DNA from: an uncultured delta proteobacterium
GTDB lineage: Bacteria > Desulfobacterota > Desulfobacteria > Desulfobacterales > JAHEIW01
Length of the DNA stretch: 64,000 bases
NCBI GenBank assembly: GCA_963706575.1
Contig: CAVPNL010000003.1
Span: 320,001 to 384,000, forward strand
Direction of reading: 5' to 3'
Positions within the stretch are counted from its first letter, which is position 1; every line of letters begins with the position of its first letter. Below the pieces are notes generated by a model that did not search any database, had not been told where the DNA came from, and saw only the letters and a list, made by a program, of their open reading frames with translations. A program made the translations under genes and the position numbers. This document shows, piece after piece, positions 50,370-60,923 of the stretch.

Positions 50370-50529
50370 GGAATTCTTATCTTGTCCCAGATGTTAAAAG
50401 TAAAATGGGTTTACGGAAGAATCTCCCGTAAACCTTAACCCGCATCCATATCAACATGGATACGGATTGTCAATGATTACCGTGGCATGGTTAGATAAGC
50501 CCTGACCCATTGCAGGCTTGAGCGTAACA

Positions 50530-51213
50530 TCATCGGCCAAAGTTTAATTCTGCATCCGATTTCCGGATGTAATGCGGGACCAGGCCGGCAATCGCATCTG
50601 TGTCTTCGGCCTCAAATCTGAGCCTGCTCAGAAAGGCAACACTCGATGCCCGTATTATATTTTGGCCCTCGGGGACAAAATGGGCCAAATTTCCCAGGGC
50701 AGCTATAATCTCTTGGCGATAAAGCCGGGCACCGGTTCCGATAAACACACAGGGCGATTTAATGCTCTCGACTACGGCCTCAGGACTCATCGCGCGCTCG
50801 CTTGTCTTTTGAACGAACTGATCCGCATTGAAACGATAGGTGGCAGCATATACCTCGCCTTTGCGAGCATCCAGCAACGGGCAGATTAAATGCGGTGTTT
50901 GACCACATTGCCGGGCAAGCGCTTTAAGCGTTGATACCCCCACAACCGGTTTGCCCAGCGCATGCGCTAATCCCTTGATCGTACTGATGCCGATTCGCAG
51001 GCCGGTGAAAGAGCCCGGACCGATCGTAACGGCCAGCCCGTCCAAATCTCCAACACCAAAACCGGCTTTTTCCAGAACTGAATGGATTAATTCAATTAAG
51101 TGTTTAGAGTGGGTCTGGTTTTTACTTATGGTTAATTCAGCGGCCAGTTTCCCTTCATCAGTTGCGGCAACACTGCAGCTGTTTGTGGCTGTATCCAGTG
51201 CAAGGATTTTCAT
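50530..51213 (-). CDS. tsaB: tRNA threonylcarbamoyladenosine biosynthesis protein
   Basis: LALDTAT, GPGSFTGLRIG and DARKGEVY motifs. Confidence 0.95.
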   Translation of the reverse strand: MKILALDTATNSCSVAATDEGKLAAELTISKNQTHSKHLIELIHSVLEKAGFGVGDLDGLAVTIGPGSFTGLRIGISTIKGLAHALGKPVVGVSTLKALARQCGQTPHLICPLLDARKGEVYAATYRFNADQFVQKTSERAMSPEAVVESIKSPCVFIGTGARLYRQEIIAALGNLAHFVPEGQNIIRASSVAFLSRLRFEAEDTDAIAGLVPHYIRKSDAELNFGR

Positions 51214-51216
51214 CGG

Positions 51217-53634
51217 CTATTTGCGTTTGGTTTTTGTCCGCTTTAATTTGCGCCGGGTTTTAGTCCCAATAATAGCCCGTGTCACAACCTCAGACATTTG
51301 TTTTACGGGGACAAACTCAATTTTGCGCCTAAGATGGTGGGGCAATTCAGAGAGTTCTTTTTTGTTTTTCTCGGGTATGATGACAGTTCGAATTCCCGCC
51401 CGCATGGCACCCAGGGCCTTTTCTTTTAAACCGCCAATGGGAAGAACTCGGCCTCTCAGCGTGATTTCACCGGTCATGGCCACATCACTGCGAACGGCTC
51501 TGTTTGTTAATGCGGATATGAGCGCTGTCGCCATGGCGATGCCTGCAGACGGGCCGTCTTTGGGAATAGCGCCTGCCGGGACATGAATATGGATATCAGA
51601 ATTATCGAATTTCTTTTCATCCAACCCCAATAACGCCAGATTCGCCCGCGCATAACTTACCGCCGCCCGGGCGGATTCCTGCATCACATCCCCCAGTTGC
51701 CCGGTCACAATCAAATCACCCTTTCCGCCGATCAATGATGCTTCAACATACAGCGCCTCTCCGCCGGCCTGAGTCCAGGCCAGACCGGTAGATAGGCCGA
51801 CCTGGTTCTCTTCCTTATCCATTTCCGGACCATATTTGGGGACCCCCAGATATTTATGCAGGTTGGTCTTGGTAATTGCAAAGGGTCCTTTTTGACCTTC
51901 AGCAATTTTACGCGCCACTTTGCGGCAGATTGCACCAATCTCCCTTTCAAGGTTTCGCAGCCCCGCTTCGGATGTATATTCCGTAATCATCTGCTGCAGT
52001 GCTCCTGCGCTTATAGTCGTCGAGCGGGCTTTAAGGCCATTTTCTTGGATCTGGCGAGGAATAAGATAATTTTTGGCGATCACGATCTTCTCTTCTGAAG
52101 TGTAACCGCTAAGCGGGATAACCTCCATCCGATCCAGCAAGGCTGAGGGGATGGTATCCGTTAAATTCGCAGTTAGAATAAACACCACTTTAGACAGATC
52201 AAACGGTATGTTGATGAAATGATCGCTGAAGGCAAAATTTTGCTCCGGATCCAGTGCTTCTAACAGCGCCGAAGACGGATCTCCCCGAAAATCAGCACCC
52301 AGCTTGTCAATTTCATCCATCATAAAAACCGGATTGTTGCTGCCACACTGCTTCAGACCCTGCAAAATACGGCCGGGCAAGGCGCCAATATAGGTCCGCC
52401 GATGACCCCTGATTTCGGCCTCGTCGCGGATTCCGCCTAGCGAAATTCGAATAAACTTGCGTTTTAGGGCCCGGGCGATGGATTGGCCCAGCGAGGTCTT
52501 GCCGACACCGGGAGGGCCCACAAAACAAAGAATCGGGCCTTTCATCTTGGGGTTCAGTTTGCGGACGCTCAGATATTCAAGGATACGATCTTTTACCTTG
52601 TTTAATCCGTAATGATCTTTTTCCAACACAGATTTAGCCCCGGCAATATCAAAGCGATCTCGCGATGATTTAGCCCACGGCAGATCAACTAACCAGTCGA
52701 GATAGGTGCGCGACACGGTTGCTTCAGCAGAGTCGGGATGCATCTGTTCGAGGCGTTTGAGCTGTTTGATGGCTTCTTTGTCCGCCTCTTTAGGCATCTT
52801 GGCACGCTTGATTTTTTTGTGGTAATCTTCAATCTCAACGGTCTTGTCATCCTGATCCCCGAGCTCTTTGTAAATGGCCCTGACCTGCTCGCGCAAAAAA
52901 TAATCTCGCTGGGATTTGAAGATTTCATCTTTTACCTCGGATTCGATTTTGGCCTGAACCGTTGAAAGGTCGAGTTCTCTTGAGAGCAAATCATTTACTT
53001 TTTTGAGACGCTCGACCGGCTCGGCCAATTCAAGAAGCTCCTGCGAATCCTGAATTTTGAGTTTTAGATTGGATGCCGCCAGATCCGCCAGCTTGCCGGG
53101 CGCTTCAATGCTATCTAAAATGGTGCTGATATCGCCGGACATCTCTCCGCGCAACGAAAGGATCTTTTCTGAATTTTCCCTGACAGTCCTCATCAGAGCC
53201 TCGATTTCCAGATTGATCTCGCCGGAGGGCTGTTCTTCAACTTTTTCAATTTTGACGCGATAAAAGGACCGTTTTCTGAGGTAACGCATAATTTTGGCCT
53301 TGGCAACGCCCTGCACCAGCGCTTTGACGCGGCCATCCGGCAATTTCAACATTCGCAGCACCCGGCTCACCGTGCCGACAGCATATATGTCATCGGTAGC
53401 CGGATCTTCGATTGCGGGATCCTTTTGGGTCGCCAGCATTAAAAACCCGTCCTTGGCCACACCTTCTTCAACCGCTCGGATCGATTTATCGCGACCGACA
53501 AACAACGGCAGCACCATGTCACAGAAAACGACGACATCACGAACGGGCAGTAAAGGAAGGGAAGTCGGAATTTCAAGATTTGCGCCATCGTCTTCGATGA
53601 GGCTGATCAAATCATCATTATCGCTTTGTGCCAT
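51217..53634 (-). CDS. lon: ATP-dependent Lon protease
   Basis: GPPGVGKTS, RRTYIGALPG, PKDGPSAG and IGGLKEK motifs. Confidence 0.97.
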   Translation of the reverse strand: MAQSDNDDLISLIEDDGANLEIPTSLPLLPVRDVVVFCDMVLPLFVGRDKSIRAVEEGVAKDGFLMLATQKDPAIEDPATDDIYAVGTVSRVLRMLKLPDGRVKALVQGVAKAKIMRYLRKRSFYRVKIEKVEEQPSGEINLEIEALMRTVRENSEKILSLRGEMSGDISTILDSIEAPGKLADLAASNLKLKIQDSQELLELAEPVERLKKVNDLLSRELDLSTVQAKIESEVKDEIFKSQRDYFLREQVRAIYKELGDQDDKTVEIEDYHKKIKRAKMPKEADKEAIKQLKRLEQMHPDSAEATVSRTYLDWLVDLPWAKSSRDRFDIAGAKSVLEKDHYGLNKVKDRILEYLSVRKLNPKMKGPILCFVGPPGVGKTSLGQSIARALKRKFIRISLGGIRDEAEIRGHRRTYIGALPGRILQGLKQCGSNNPVFMMDEIDKLGADFRGDPSSALLEALDPEQNFAFSDHFINIPFDLSKVVFILTANLTDTIPSALLDRMEVIPLSGYTSEEKIVIAKNYLIPRQIQENGLKARSTTISAGALQQMITEYTSEAGLRNLEREIGAICRKVARKIAEGQKGPFAITKTNLHKYLGVPKYGPEMDKEENQVGLSTGLAWTQAGGEALYVEASLIGGKGDLIVTGQLGDVMQESARAAVSYARANLALLGLDEKKFDNSDIHIHVPAGAIPKDGPSAGIAMATALISALTNRAVRSDVAMTGEITLRGRVLPIGGLKEKALGAMRAGIRTVIIPEKNKKELSELPHHLRRKIEFVPVKQMSEVVTRAIIGTKTRRKLKRTKTKRK

Positions 53635-53910
53635 TTTAGCTCCAGGAAATTGCTGCGGGATTCAAGGTCCACCCTTTTTTTGCCGAAACTATATAATATT
53701 GGTCTTGCTTGCAGCGGGTTGCAAATCCAGGCCGATTTATAATAAGACAGAATTTCACTTTGACAATATCCATCTTATTTTTTTATGAAACACCTCGATA
53801 CTGGAAAAAATTCATTTTTTATTGCTAAAGCTGACATAACCCTACACCTGGCACACTGACATTTGCAGATGGCAGGCATGCAATCACTCAAAAACGGGGG
53901 CAGATAAACG

Positions 53911-54693
53911 ATGATAGCACCCTATTTAGCTGAATTTTTAATCTTTATTTTTGGTCTGTGTATCGGAAGCTTTTTAAATGTATGCATCTACCGGCTTCCG
54001 GAATCAAAGTCAATTGTCCATCCCCGTTCGATGTGCCCCAAATGTGAGACCCTTATCCCTTTTTACGACAATATACCGATTTTAAGCTATATCGTCCTTG
54101 GAGGGAAATGTCGTCATTGCAAGGCGCCCATCTCGTTTCGCTATCCCGTAATCGAATTTATGAGTGGAATGTTTGCGGTAGGCGTTTTTCTTAAGTACGG
54201 CATCACCTTTGAAGCGCTGATTTATTACACCTTTGTTACTGCTTTGCTGGTCATCACTTTTATTGATATTGATCACCAGATTATCCCTGATGTGATCACC
54301 CTGCCGGGAATACCCATTTTCTTTGCCGCCAGTTTGGCCCTTCCGAAAATTACCTTAGTGGAGTCCATCCTCGGAATTTTAATCGGAGGCGGAAGCTTAT
54401 TTTTGGTCGCCTGGTTGTATCATCTGCTGACCCGTAAAGAAGGCATGGGCGGCGGAGATATTAAACTTTTGGCCATGATGGGCGCCGTTATTGGATGGCA
54501 GGGGGTTTTGTTCACGATATTTGTGGCATCAGCCATAGGCACGGTCTCAGGCTTACTTCTCATGCTCAAAACCCGTAAAACGATGAAGCTGGCGATTCCA
54601 TTCGGCCCCTTCCTGGCTATTGGCGGTACGGCATACATTTTTTTTGGTCCCCAATTGATTACCTGGTATTTTAATCTGTTAAGACCGTCATGA
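53911..54693 (+). CDS. pilD: prepilin peptidase
   Basis: GSFLNVCIYRLP, two CxxC pairs, GMGGGDIKL and PFGPFL motifs. Confidence 0.95.
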   Translation: MIAPYLAEFLIFIFGLCIGSFLNVCIYRLPESKSIVHPRSMCPKCETLIPFYDNIPILSYIVLGGKCRHCKAPISFRYPVIEFMSGMFAVGVFLKYGITFEALIYYTFVTALLVITFIDIDHQIIPDVITLPGIPIFFAASLALPKITLVESILGILIGGGSLFLVAWLYHLLTRKEGMGGGDIKLLAMMGAVIGWQGVLFTIFVASAIGTVSGLLLMLKTRKTMKLAIPFGPFLAIGGTAYIFFGPQLITWYFNLLRPS

Positions 54694-54789
54694 AAATTGC
54701 AACAAATCAAAATACCTGATCTGGGACTCCGTCGAAGATACGGTATATGTTTCATACCAAACACCAAACACTTGATGAATTCAGCTTTT

Positions 54790-55335
54790 TTAGTTTTTGG
54801 CCTCCTCACCCAACCCAAGCCCGATATCCAGTGCTTTGCGGTTCATATCCAGGAAGTCGGCCGGAATTCGGGTTTCAAGCGACTTCATAATGGATTCGGG
54901 TTTCACCAGACCGGTTAAGCCAATAACGGCCCCGAGCATGCAAATATTAAAAACAATGGGGTTGCCGATTTTGGCCATTACGGTTTCATACATCTCTAAT
55001 TCTCTTTGCTGGGCATCGACCTTTTTTTCAGTTTGCACAAATCGGGTATCGGTAATCAATAAGCCCCCCGGTCGAACAATCGGATAAAACTTACCATAGG
55101 CGGCCTGGGTCAAACAGACCAGCACATTGGGCTGAATCACTTTTGGAAAATGAATGATTGAGTCGGATATGATGACATCGGAGCGAGTTGCTCCGCCCCT
55201 GGCCTCGGCACCGTATGATTGGGATTGAACGGCAGTCAGGTTTTCGTAAAGCACCGCTGCTTCGGACAGAATAATGGATGCGGTGATGACCCCCTGCCCG
55301 CCCGATCCTGAAAATACCATCCTGCATCTTTCCAT
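54790..55335 (-). CDS. 2-oxoacid:ferredoxin oxidoreductase gamma subunit
   Basis: SGSGGQG and QSYGAEARGG motifs. Confidence 0.92.
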   Translation of the reverse strand: MERCRMVFSGSGGQGVITASIILSEAAVLYENLTAVQSQSYGAEARGGATRSDVIISDSIIHFPKVIQPNVLVCLTQAAYGKFYPIVRPGGLLITDTRFVQTEKKVDAQQRELEMYETVMAKIGNPIVFNICMLGAVIGLTGLVKPESIMKSLETRIPADFLDMNRKALDIGLGLGEEAKN

Positions 55336-55337
55336 CT

Positions 55338-56141
55338 TTAACGACCTTTCATCGCGTTTTGAACCACTTTATCATATTGGCTGCAATATTCCGGCATCTC
55401 TTTTTGTACAAAAATACCGCGCTCCAGCAAATCGGGATTCTCTTTTTTGGCATTTGAACCAATCGTTGTGGTATTTTTCTTAAAGTACTGAATCATATCG
55501 ACTGCATCACCGGTTTTGTTTTTGCGGCCAAAATAGGTCGGGCACTGGGACAAAATTTCCACCACCGAAAAGCCCTCGTGCAGGACGGCCTGTCGGATGA
55601 TATCGGTCATCTGCTGAATGTGGTAGGTGGTGGTTCGCGCCACAAACGTCGCACCGGCGGCTTTTGCCAGCTCAACGACATCAAAGCTGGGATCAATCGT
55701 CAGATAGGGCGCGGTGGTAGCGCGGATGTTCTCACCCGATAAGGGCGAGTACTGACCGCCGGTCATGCCGTAAATTCGGTTGTTCATGACAATGGCGGTG
55801 ATATCAATATTTCGGCGGGCTGCATGAATAAAATGATTGCCCCCAATCGCCAGTGCGTCGCCATCCCCCATGGGAACAATCAGATTCAGTTCCGGACGCG
55901 CCATTTTAACACCCGTCGCAAAGGCCAGCGCCCGACCGTGAATGGTATGCAGGGTGTGAAAGTCGACATAGCCGGTTATCCTCGATGAACAGCCGATACC
56001 GGAAACCATCACAATCTCGTTTTTGCTCATACCCAGTTTTTCAATGGCACCGAGGAGCCCGTTTAAAACCGTGCCGTGACCGCATCCGGGACACCACAGG
56101 TGAGGAAAAAACCGTTCACGCAAATAATCTTTAATCGCCAT
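55338..56141 (-). CDS. 2-oxoacid:ferredoxin oxidoreductase beta subunit
   Basis: WCPGCG, GIGCS, GDGDALAIGGNH and YGMTGGQ motifs. Confidence 0.93.
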   Translation of the reverse strand: MAIKDYLRERFFPHLWCPGCGHGTVLNGLLGAIEKLGMSKNEIVMVSGIGCSSRITGYVDFHTLHTIHGRALAFATGVKMARPELNLIVPMGDGDALAIGGNHFIHAARRNIDITAIVMNNRIYGMTGGQYSPLSGENIRATTAPYLTIDPSFDVVELAKAAGATFVARTTTYHIQQMTDIIRQAVLHEGFSVVEILSQCPTYFGRKNKTGDAVDMIQYFKKNTTTIGSNAKKENPDLLERGIFVQKEMPEYCSQYDKVVQNAMKGR

Positions 56142-56144
56142 GAC

Positions 56145-57293
56145 TTAAACCCCCTTTCCCTGGATCACCCGCAGGATATTCATGATATCCGATGGCGCGA
56201 TAAAACTGCCGTCAATCCGATTGGCCAGAAACACCTTGTCGGGTTGATCCACCGCCAGTTTCACGGCCTGCATAATCTGGCCCATATTCTGTTCCACAAC
56301 AACGACGGATTTTACATGGGCGCATTTTTCCCGTACAATTTTTTCCGGAAATGGCCATAACGTCTGCAGCTCCAGCAGGCCCAGGCGCTCGCCGCGTAAC
56401 CTTCTATCTTCGACAGTATGGTGGGCGGAGCGGGCTGCAGAGCCGTAAGACAGCAATAACTGCTCGGCATCTTCGGTATAATATTCCTTGTAGCGTGCCA
56501 ACTCATGCGCCCGGTTCTCGAGTTTATCGACCAGATGACGCAGCAAATCATGGACGGCCCCGGGATCACTGGATGGAAATCCCCACATGTCGTGAAACAG
56601 CCCGGTAACGTTGAAGCGGTGAACACCGCCGAAATCAGACATGGGCAGCCGACCATCTTCGCGCGGCAGATAGGGGTGATAATCGACGCCCTGTTTGACG
56701 GTGGTTTTTAAACGTTCGACCAGCGCAATTTCACCGGGTTGCGGAACCACGAAACGCTCCCGCATATGGGCAACAACTTCGTCCAGCAGCAAAATTACCG
56801 GCGTCCGGTAAATTTCGGCTAAATTAAAGGCCTCCACGGTAATAGCGAAAATATCCTGGTGATTGGAAGCCGTCAGTGCAATGATGGCATGATCGCCGTG
56901 CGTCCCCCAGCGGGCCTGATTAACGTCCCCCTGGCTGCCGTGGGTCGGTAATCCGGTGGATGGCCCGCCGCGCTGCACGTTGACAATGACACACGGAATT
57001 TCAGCCATAATGGCATACCCCAGCGCTTCCTGCATCAAGGAAAAGCCGGGCCCGCTGGTGGCTGTCATCACTTTGCTGCCGGTTAGCGAAGCGCCGATAA
57101 TAGCACACAGCGATGCGATTTCATCTTCCATCTGAATGAATTTCCCACCGATTTGCGGCAGCCGATAGGCTAAGGTTTCGGTAATTTCAGAAGACGGTGT
57201 TATCGGGTAGCCGGCGTAAAAATTAAGCCCGGCATACAAGGCCGCTTCAGCGCAGGCCTCGTTGCCTTGGACAAATTTTATGTTCTCGCTCAT
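56145..57293 (-). CDS. 2-oxoacid:ferredoxin oxidoreductase alpha subunit
   Basis: YPITPS, QMEDE, TSGPG and QRGGPSTG motifs. Confidence 0.93.
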   Translation of the reverse strand: MSENIKFVQGNEACAEAALYAGLNFYAGYPITPSSEITETLAYRLPQIGGKFIQMEDEIASLCAIIGASLTGSKVMTATSGPGFSLMQEALGYAIMAEIPCVIVNVQRGGPSTGLPTHGSQGDVNQARWGTHGDHAIIALTASNHQDIFAITVEAFNLAEIYRTPVILLLDEVVAHMRERFVVPQPGEIALVERLKTTVKQGVDYHPYLPREDGRLPMSDFGGVHRFNVTGLFHDMWGFPSSDPGAVHDLLRHLVDKLENRAHELARYKEYYTEDAEQLLLSYGSAARSAHHTVEDRRLRGERLGLLELQTLWPFPEKIVREKCAHVKSVVVVEQNMGQIMQAVKLAVDQPDKVFLANRIDGSFIAPSDIMNILRVIQGKGV

Positions 57294-57302
57294 ATCATAA
57301 GC

Positions 57303-57518
57303 CTATTCATTATTTTCGATCGTTTCGATCTCTATTGCAAAATCCGGGCAGCGCAACTCACAAAGCCTGCAACAGATACAGTCTTGTGGGCGCACCGCCG
57401 AGACCTTGTCCTGATCGTCTAATTCCAGAACCTTTTTCGGGCAAAGCGCAACACATATGCCGCATCCCTTGCACCAATCCCGGTTTATATGATGCTTTTT
57501 TAGTTTTGGTTTGGCCAT
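57303..57518 (-). CDS. 2x[4Fe-4S] delta subunit / ferredoxin
   Basis: CKGCGICVALCP and CICCRLCELRCP motifs. Confidence 0.9.
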   Translation of the reverse strand: MAKPKLKKHHINRDWCKGCGICVALCPKKVLELDDQDKVSAVRPQDCICCRLCELRCPDFAIEIETIENNE

Positions 57519-57719
57519 CTAAAATCCCTCGGCTTTGAATAAATTACCTTTTGATTCGAATAATAGAAAATTCTTCTCGCTGCGCTTCGATTAAAACCTG
57601 CGAAACCCAGTCATTTCCGGGGTTGAGTTTTTTTCATGGGAACAGGTAAAGGGGCTCAATATTGATTTTAGGTATGATTGTCAAGAAAAACAAGGCCCTA
57701 AATCGTTTTCTTGCGGCTT

Positions 57720-60281
57720 CTAATTACTTTGCCGCAACCAGTGCACGCTATTGGATCGGCATTCAGGGCAGATCCGTTCACGGTTCACACTGAAAATACT
57801 GTCCCAATGATGCCCGCAGCGCATGCACGCAAATTCGGTCTTTTTTTCTTCGTTGGCAGGCTTCGGGTTGCGAGGACGCGGTACGCGTGCTTTTGCCAGA
57901 AGTTCTCGCGTCAGTTCCAATTCTTCCGGGGTCACCATCTCACGTTTTTTCTCAACAGCCTGCATAATGGTTTGCCAGCGGCCGCCCTCGGCAGCGGAAC
58001 ACCATTCCAACAATAGCCGGTCAGCGCGGACACCGGATTTTTCCAGGCCATCCCACAGACCGTCCATCCGCCGCACCGTGCTGCGGTTCGCGTCAATGTA
58101 ATGGCAGTCAACGTAATGGCAACCGGACACCAAGACGACCGGCGCACCCTTTTGAAATGAATACCACACGAATTCCGGATTCACCCGCCCCGAGCACATC
58201 GTGCGGATAATTCGCGCATTGGGTGGATATTCCAAACGGCTCACGCCGGCCGTATCTGCCCCGGCGTATGAGCACCATTTGCAGGCAAAAGTGACGATTT
58301 TTTTCTGAGGGTCTTCTTCCAGCATGGCGTCGATCTGAGAATATATTGCCTGGTCTGAAGAGTGCCGCATTTCAATTGCCCCAAATTTGCACTCGGCAGC
58401 GCAAGTCCCGCAACCGGCGCAAGCCGCACTGATGATCTGAGGGGGTTGCTTTTTTTGCCAGGTGATTGCACCAAACGGGCAAACATGAGCACATTGTCCG
58501 CATTTTGTACAGGCCGCTTCATACACACTGGCCGTAATCGCTTCCACCGCAAATTGATCTTTACGCAACAGAATCGAAGCGTGTATGCTCGCAGCGCTGG
58601 CCTGGGTAACACTCTCACGAACGTCCTTGGGACTTTCGGCAGCGCCGGCAATGAATACCCCTTTGGTGGGCGTCTCTACCGGACGCAGTTTTGCATGCGC
58701 TTCCTTTAAGAAACCGTTCGGTGATTTAGAGATACTCACCATTTGCCGAATGGTTTCTGTTTCAATCGCCGGCGTTGCACCCACTGCCAGAACCAGCATA
58801 TCGAATTCGTGTTTCTCAAGGCGCTTTTTGATGGTATTTTCAACGGTAACCATCAGGCTGCGGGTTTGGGGATCTTCTTGAACATCACCCGGCAAGCCAC
58901 GGACATAGCGCACCCCGCTGCCCCGCGTTCGCATCAGAAGCTCTTCAAATCCCTTACCGTAAGCCCGCAGGTCAATGTAAAAAACGGTAATTTCCGTATC
59001 GGGGTAGTTGTCCTTAAGGTACTGTGCGCCTTTGATGGTGTTCATACAACAAATATTGGAACAATAGGGATTGCCCCGTTTGGGATCCTGGGTCCGCGAT
59101 CCAACACATTGGATAAATCCGATCCGATGGGGCCTGGCCTGGTCACTGGGTCGACCAAGGTGTCCCATCAAAGGCCCGCCGGTGGAAATCAGCCGTTCAA
59201 ATTCGATGCTGGTAACCACATTGACAAAACGGGTGTAGCCGTATTCATCCAGCGACGTGGGGTCATACACGTCCATGCCGGTGGCCACAATGATCGCGCC
59301 GACCTCAACTTCGAGAAGTTCATCCTCCTGGTCAAAATCAATACATTTCTTATCGCAAACTTCGAGACACTTCCCGCAAGCGATCGGATTGGCACCAAGA
59401 CAGTCTTGGGCCGAGATTAGATAGGCGGAAGGGACAGCCTGCGGAAAAGGAATATATATCGCCCGACGACTGCTCAAACCCATCTGGAATTCGTCGGCAA
59501 TAACGACCGGGCAAACAGTTGCGCAATCACCGCAGGAGACGCAGGCCTGCTCGTCAACGTAGCGGGCTTTTTTGCGAATGCGGGCCTTGAAGTTGCCCAC
59601 ATATCCGGTTACATCTTCTAATTGAGAATGGGTCAGCAGTTCAATTTTGGGATGTCGACCGACATCCATCATCTTGGGGCCCAAAATTCAGATACTGCAC
59701 TCGATGTCAGGATAGACTTTGTCAAGCTGCGCCATAATACCGCCAATCGATGGCGTTTTTTCGACCAGATAGACCTGATGTCCCGCATCGGCCAAATCCA
59801 ATGCTGCCTGCATACCGGCCACCCCACCGCCGACGACCAGGGCGGCATCCTTGACCGGAATTTGCTCTTCATCCTGCGGGTAAAGCCATCTGGCTCGCGC
59901 TACGGCCACTTTAACAATGTCTTTGGCCTTTACGGTGGCTTCGTCGGGGTCCGAGGTCACCCAGGAACAGTGTTCACGGATGTTGGCCATCTCCAACAGG
60001 TATTGGTTAAGCCCTGCGTCCTGAATACATTGCCGGAATATCGGCTCATATGACGATGGTGAACACGATGCAACCACGATCCGGTTGAGCCGATGCTCGA
60101 AAATCGCTCGTTGAATCTCCTGCTGCCCCGGATCCGCACAGGTATATTTATTGCGAATCGATAAAACAACACCCGACAGGTCCTCGGCAAACTTGCGCAC
60201 CTCCTCGGTGTCCAGAAAACCAGCAATATTTGAACCGCAATCGCACACGAAAACGCCGATACGTAAATCTTCTTTTGCCAA
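57720..60281 (-). CDS. hdrA: HdrA-MvhD fusion selenoprotein (in-frame TGA at 59688-59690)
   Basis: GVFVCDCG, GGGVAG, ECSI*ILGPKM, FIQCVGSR and YCSNICC motifs; C-terminal MvhD domain (CKWCSYAGAD, CSGRV, GCHYVDCHY); AAGGAGG RBS before TTG 60281. Confidence 0.92.
59643..59687 (-). promoter_or_regulatory. bacterial SECIS-like hairpin
   Basis: Immediately 3' of the TGA: lower stem ttttggg/cccaaaa and upper stem ggatgtc-GGTC-gacatcc (the two 3' arms share bases); loop 27 nt after the TGA. Confidence 0.75.
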
Positions 60282-60383
60282 CGTCAACCTCCTTGGATAA
60301 AATCAGGCATCGCCTGTCATACGGATGCACGCCCAAACGAAAATCGTCATCATAGATGGACACATCTCATGAATTAAATGTGA

Positions 60384-60863
60384 TCATCGAGTCGGATCGG
60401 TTTTGTCTCGCTGCCACATTTCATATTTTTGATCGCGAATAAATTCTTTGTCTTTCCAGGTTTTGCGATCACGGATAGTTTGTTCGACTGCGTCTTGAAA
60501 TGATCGTCGGAAATCATCTGAATCAAATTGGGCTTTACTTAAAAAATCAAAGGCCTGAAACTCTTTAAAGGCCTTGCGCTGAGTTTCCATGGTTCCATAT
60601 CCGGTAACCATGATAACCCGTGTAAAGGAAAGTCGTTTGCGGATTTCAGCCAGCAAACGCATCCCGTCTTCATTGTTTTCCTCGGTCTCTACCAGGCGGA
60701 TATCCAATATGACCAGGTCCAGATCTTTATTTTCATCGATGTAGGCCAGGGCGGCCTCTCTGGTACTCACCGATTCGACCAGATGTCCCTCCCGTTCGAT
60801 TAAACCGCTTAGCATGTTGCGCCAATCGGAATAGTCATCTACAATTAAAATTTTACCTCGCAT
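60384..60863 (-). CDS. stand-alone response regulator receiver protein
   Basis: ILIVDD, LVILDIRL, MVTGYG and FLSK motifs. Confidence 0.9.
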   Translation of the reverse strand: MRGKILIVDDYSDWRNMLSGLIEREGHLVESVSTREAALAYIDENKDLDLVILDIRLVETEENNEDGMRLLAEIRKRLSFTRVIMVTGYGTMETQRKAFKEFQAFDFLSKAQFDSDDFRRSFQDAVEQTIRDRKTWKDKEFIRDQKYEMWQRDKTDPTR

Positions 60864-60923
60864 TTTTTTCTCCCGGGTTTTATTTTTCTTCGGTTGTCTC
60901 CACTGCCGAATTACCGCTTTGGA

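Noticed and set aside
53849..53866. sigma54 promoter upstream of pilD (TGGCAC...TTGC)
   Set aside because: The spacer is 8 nt instead of the required 5.
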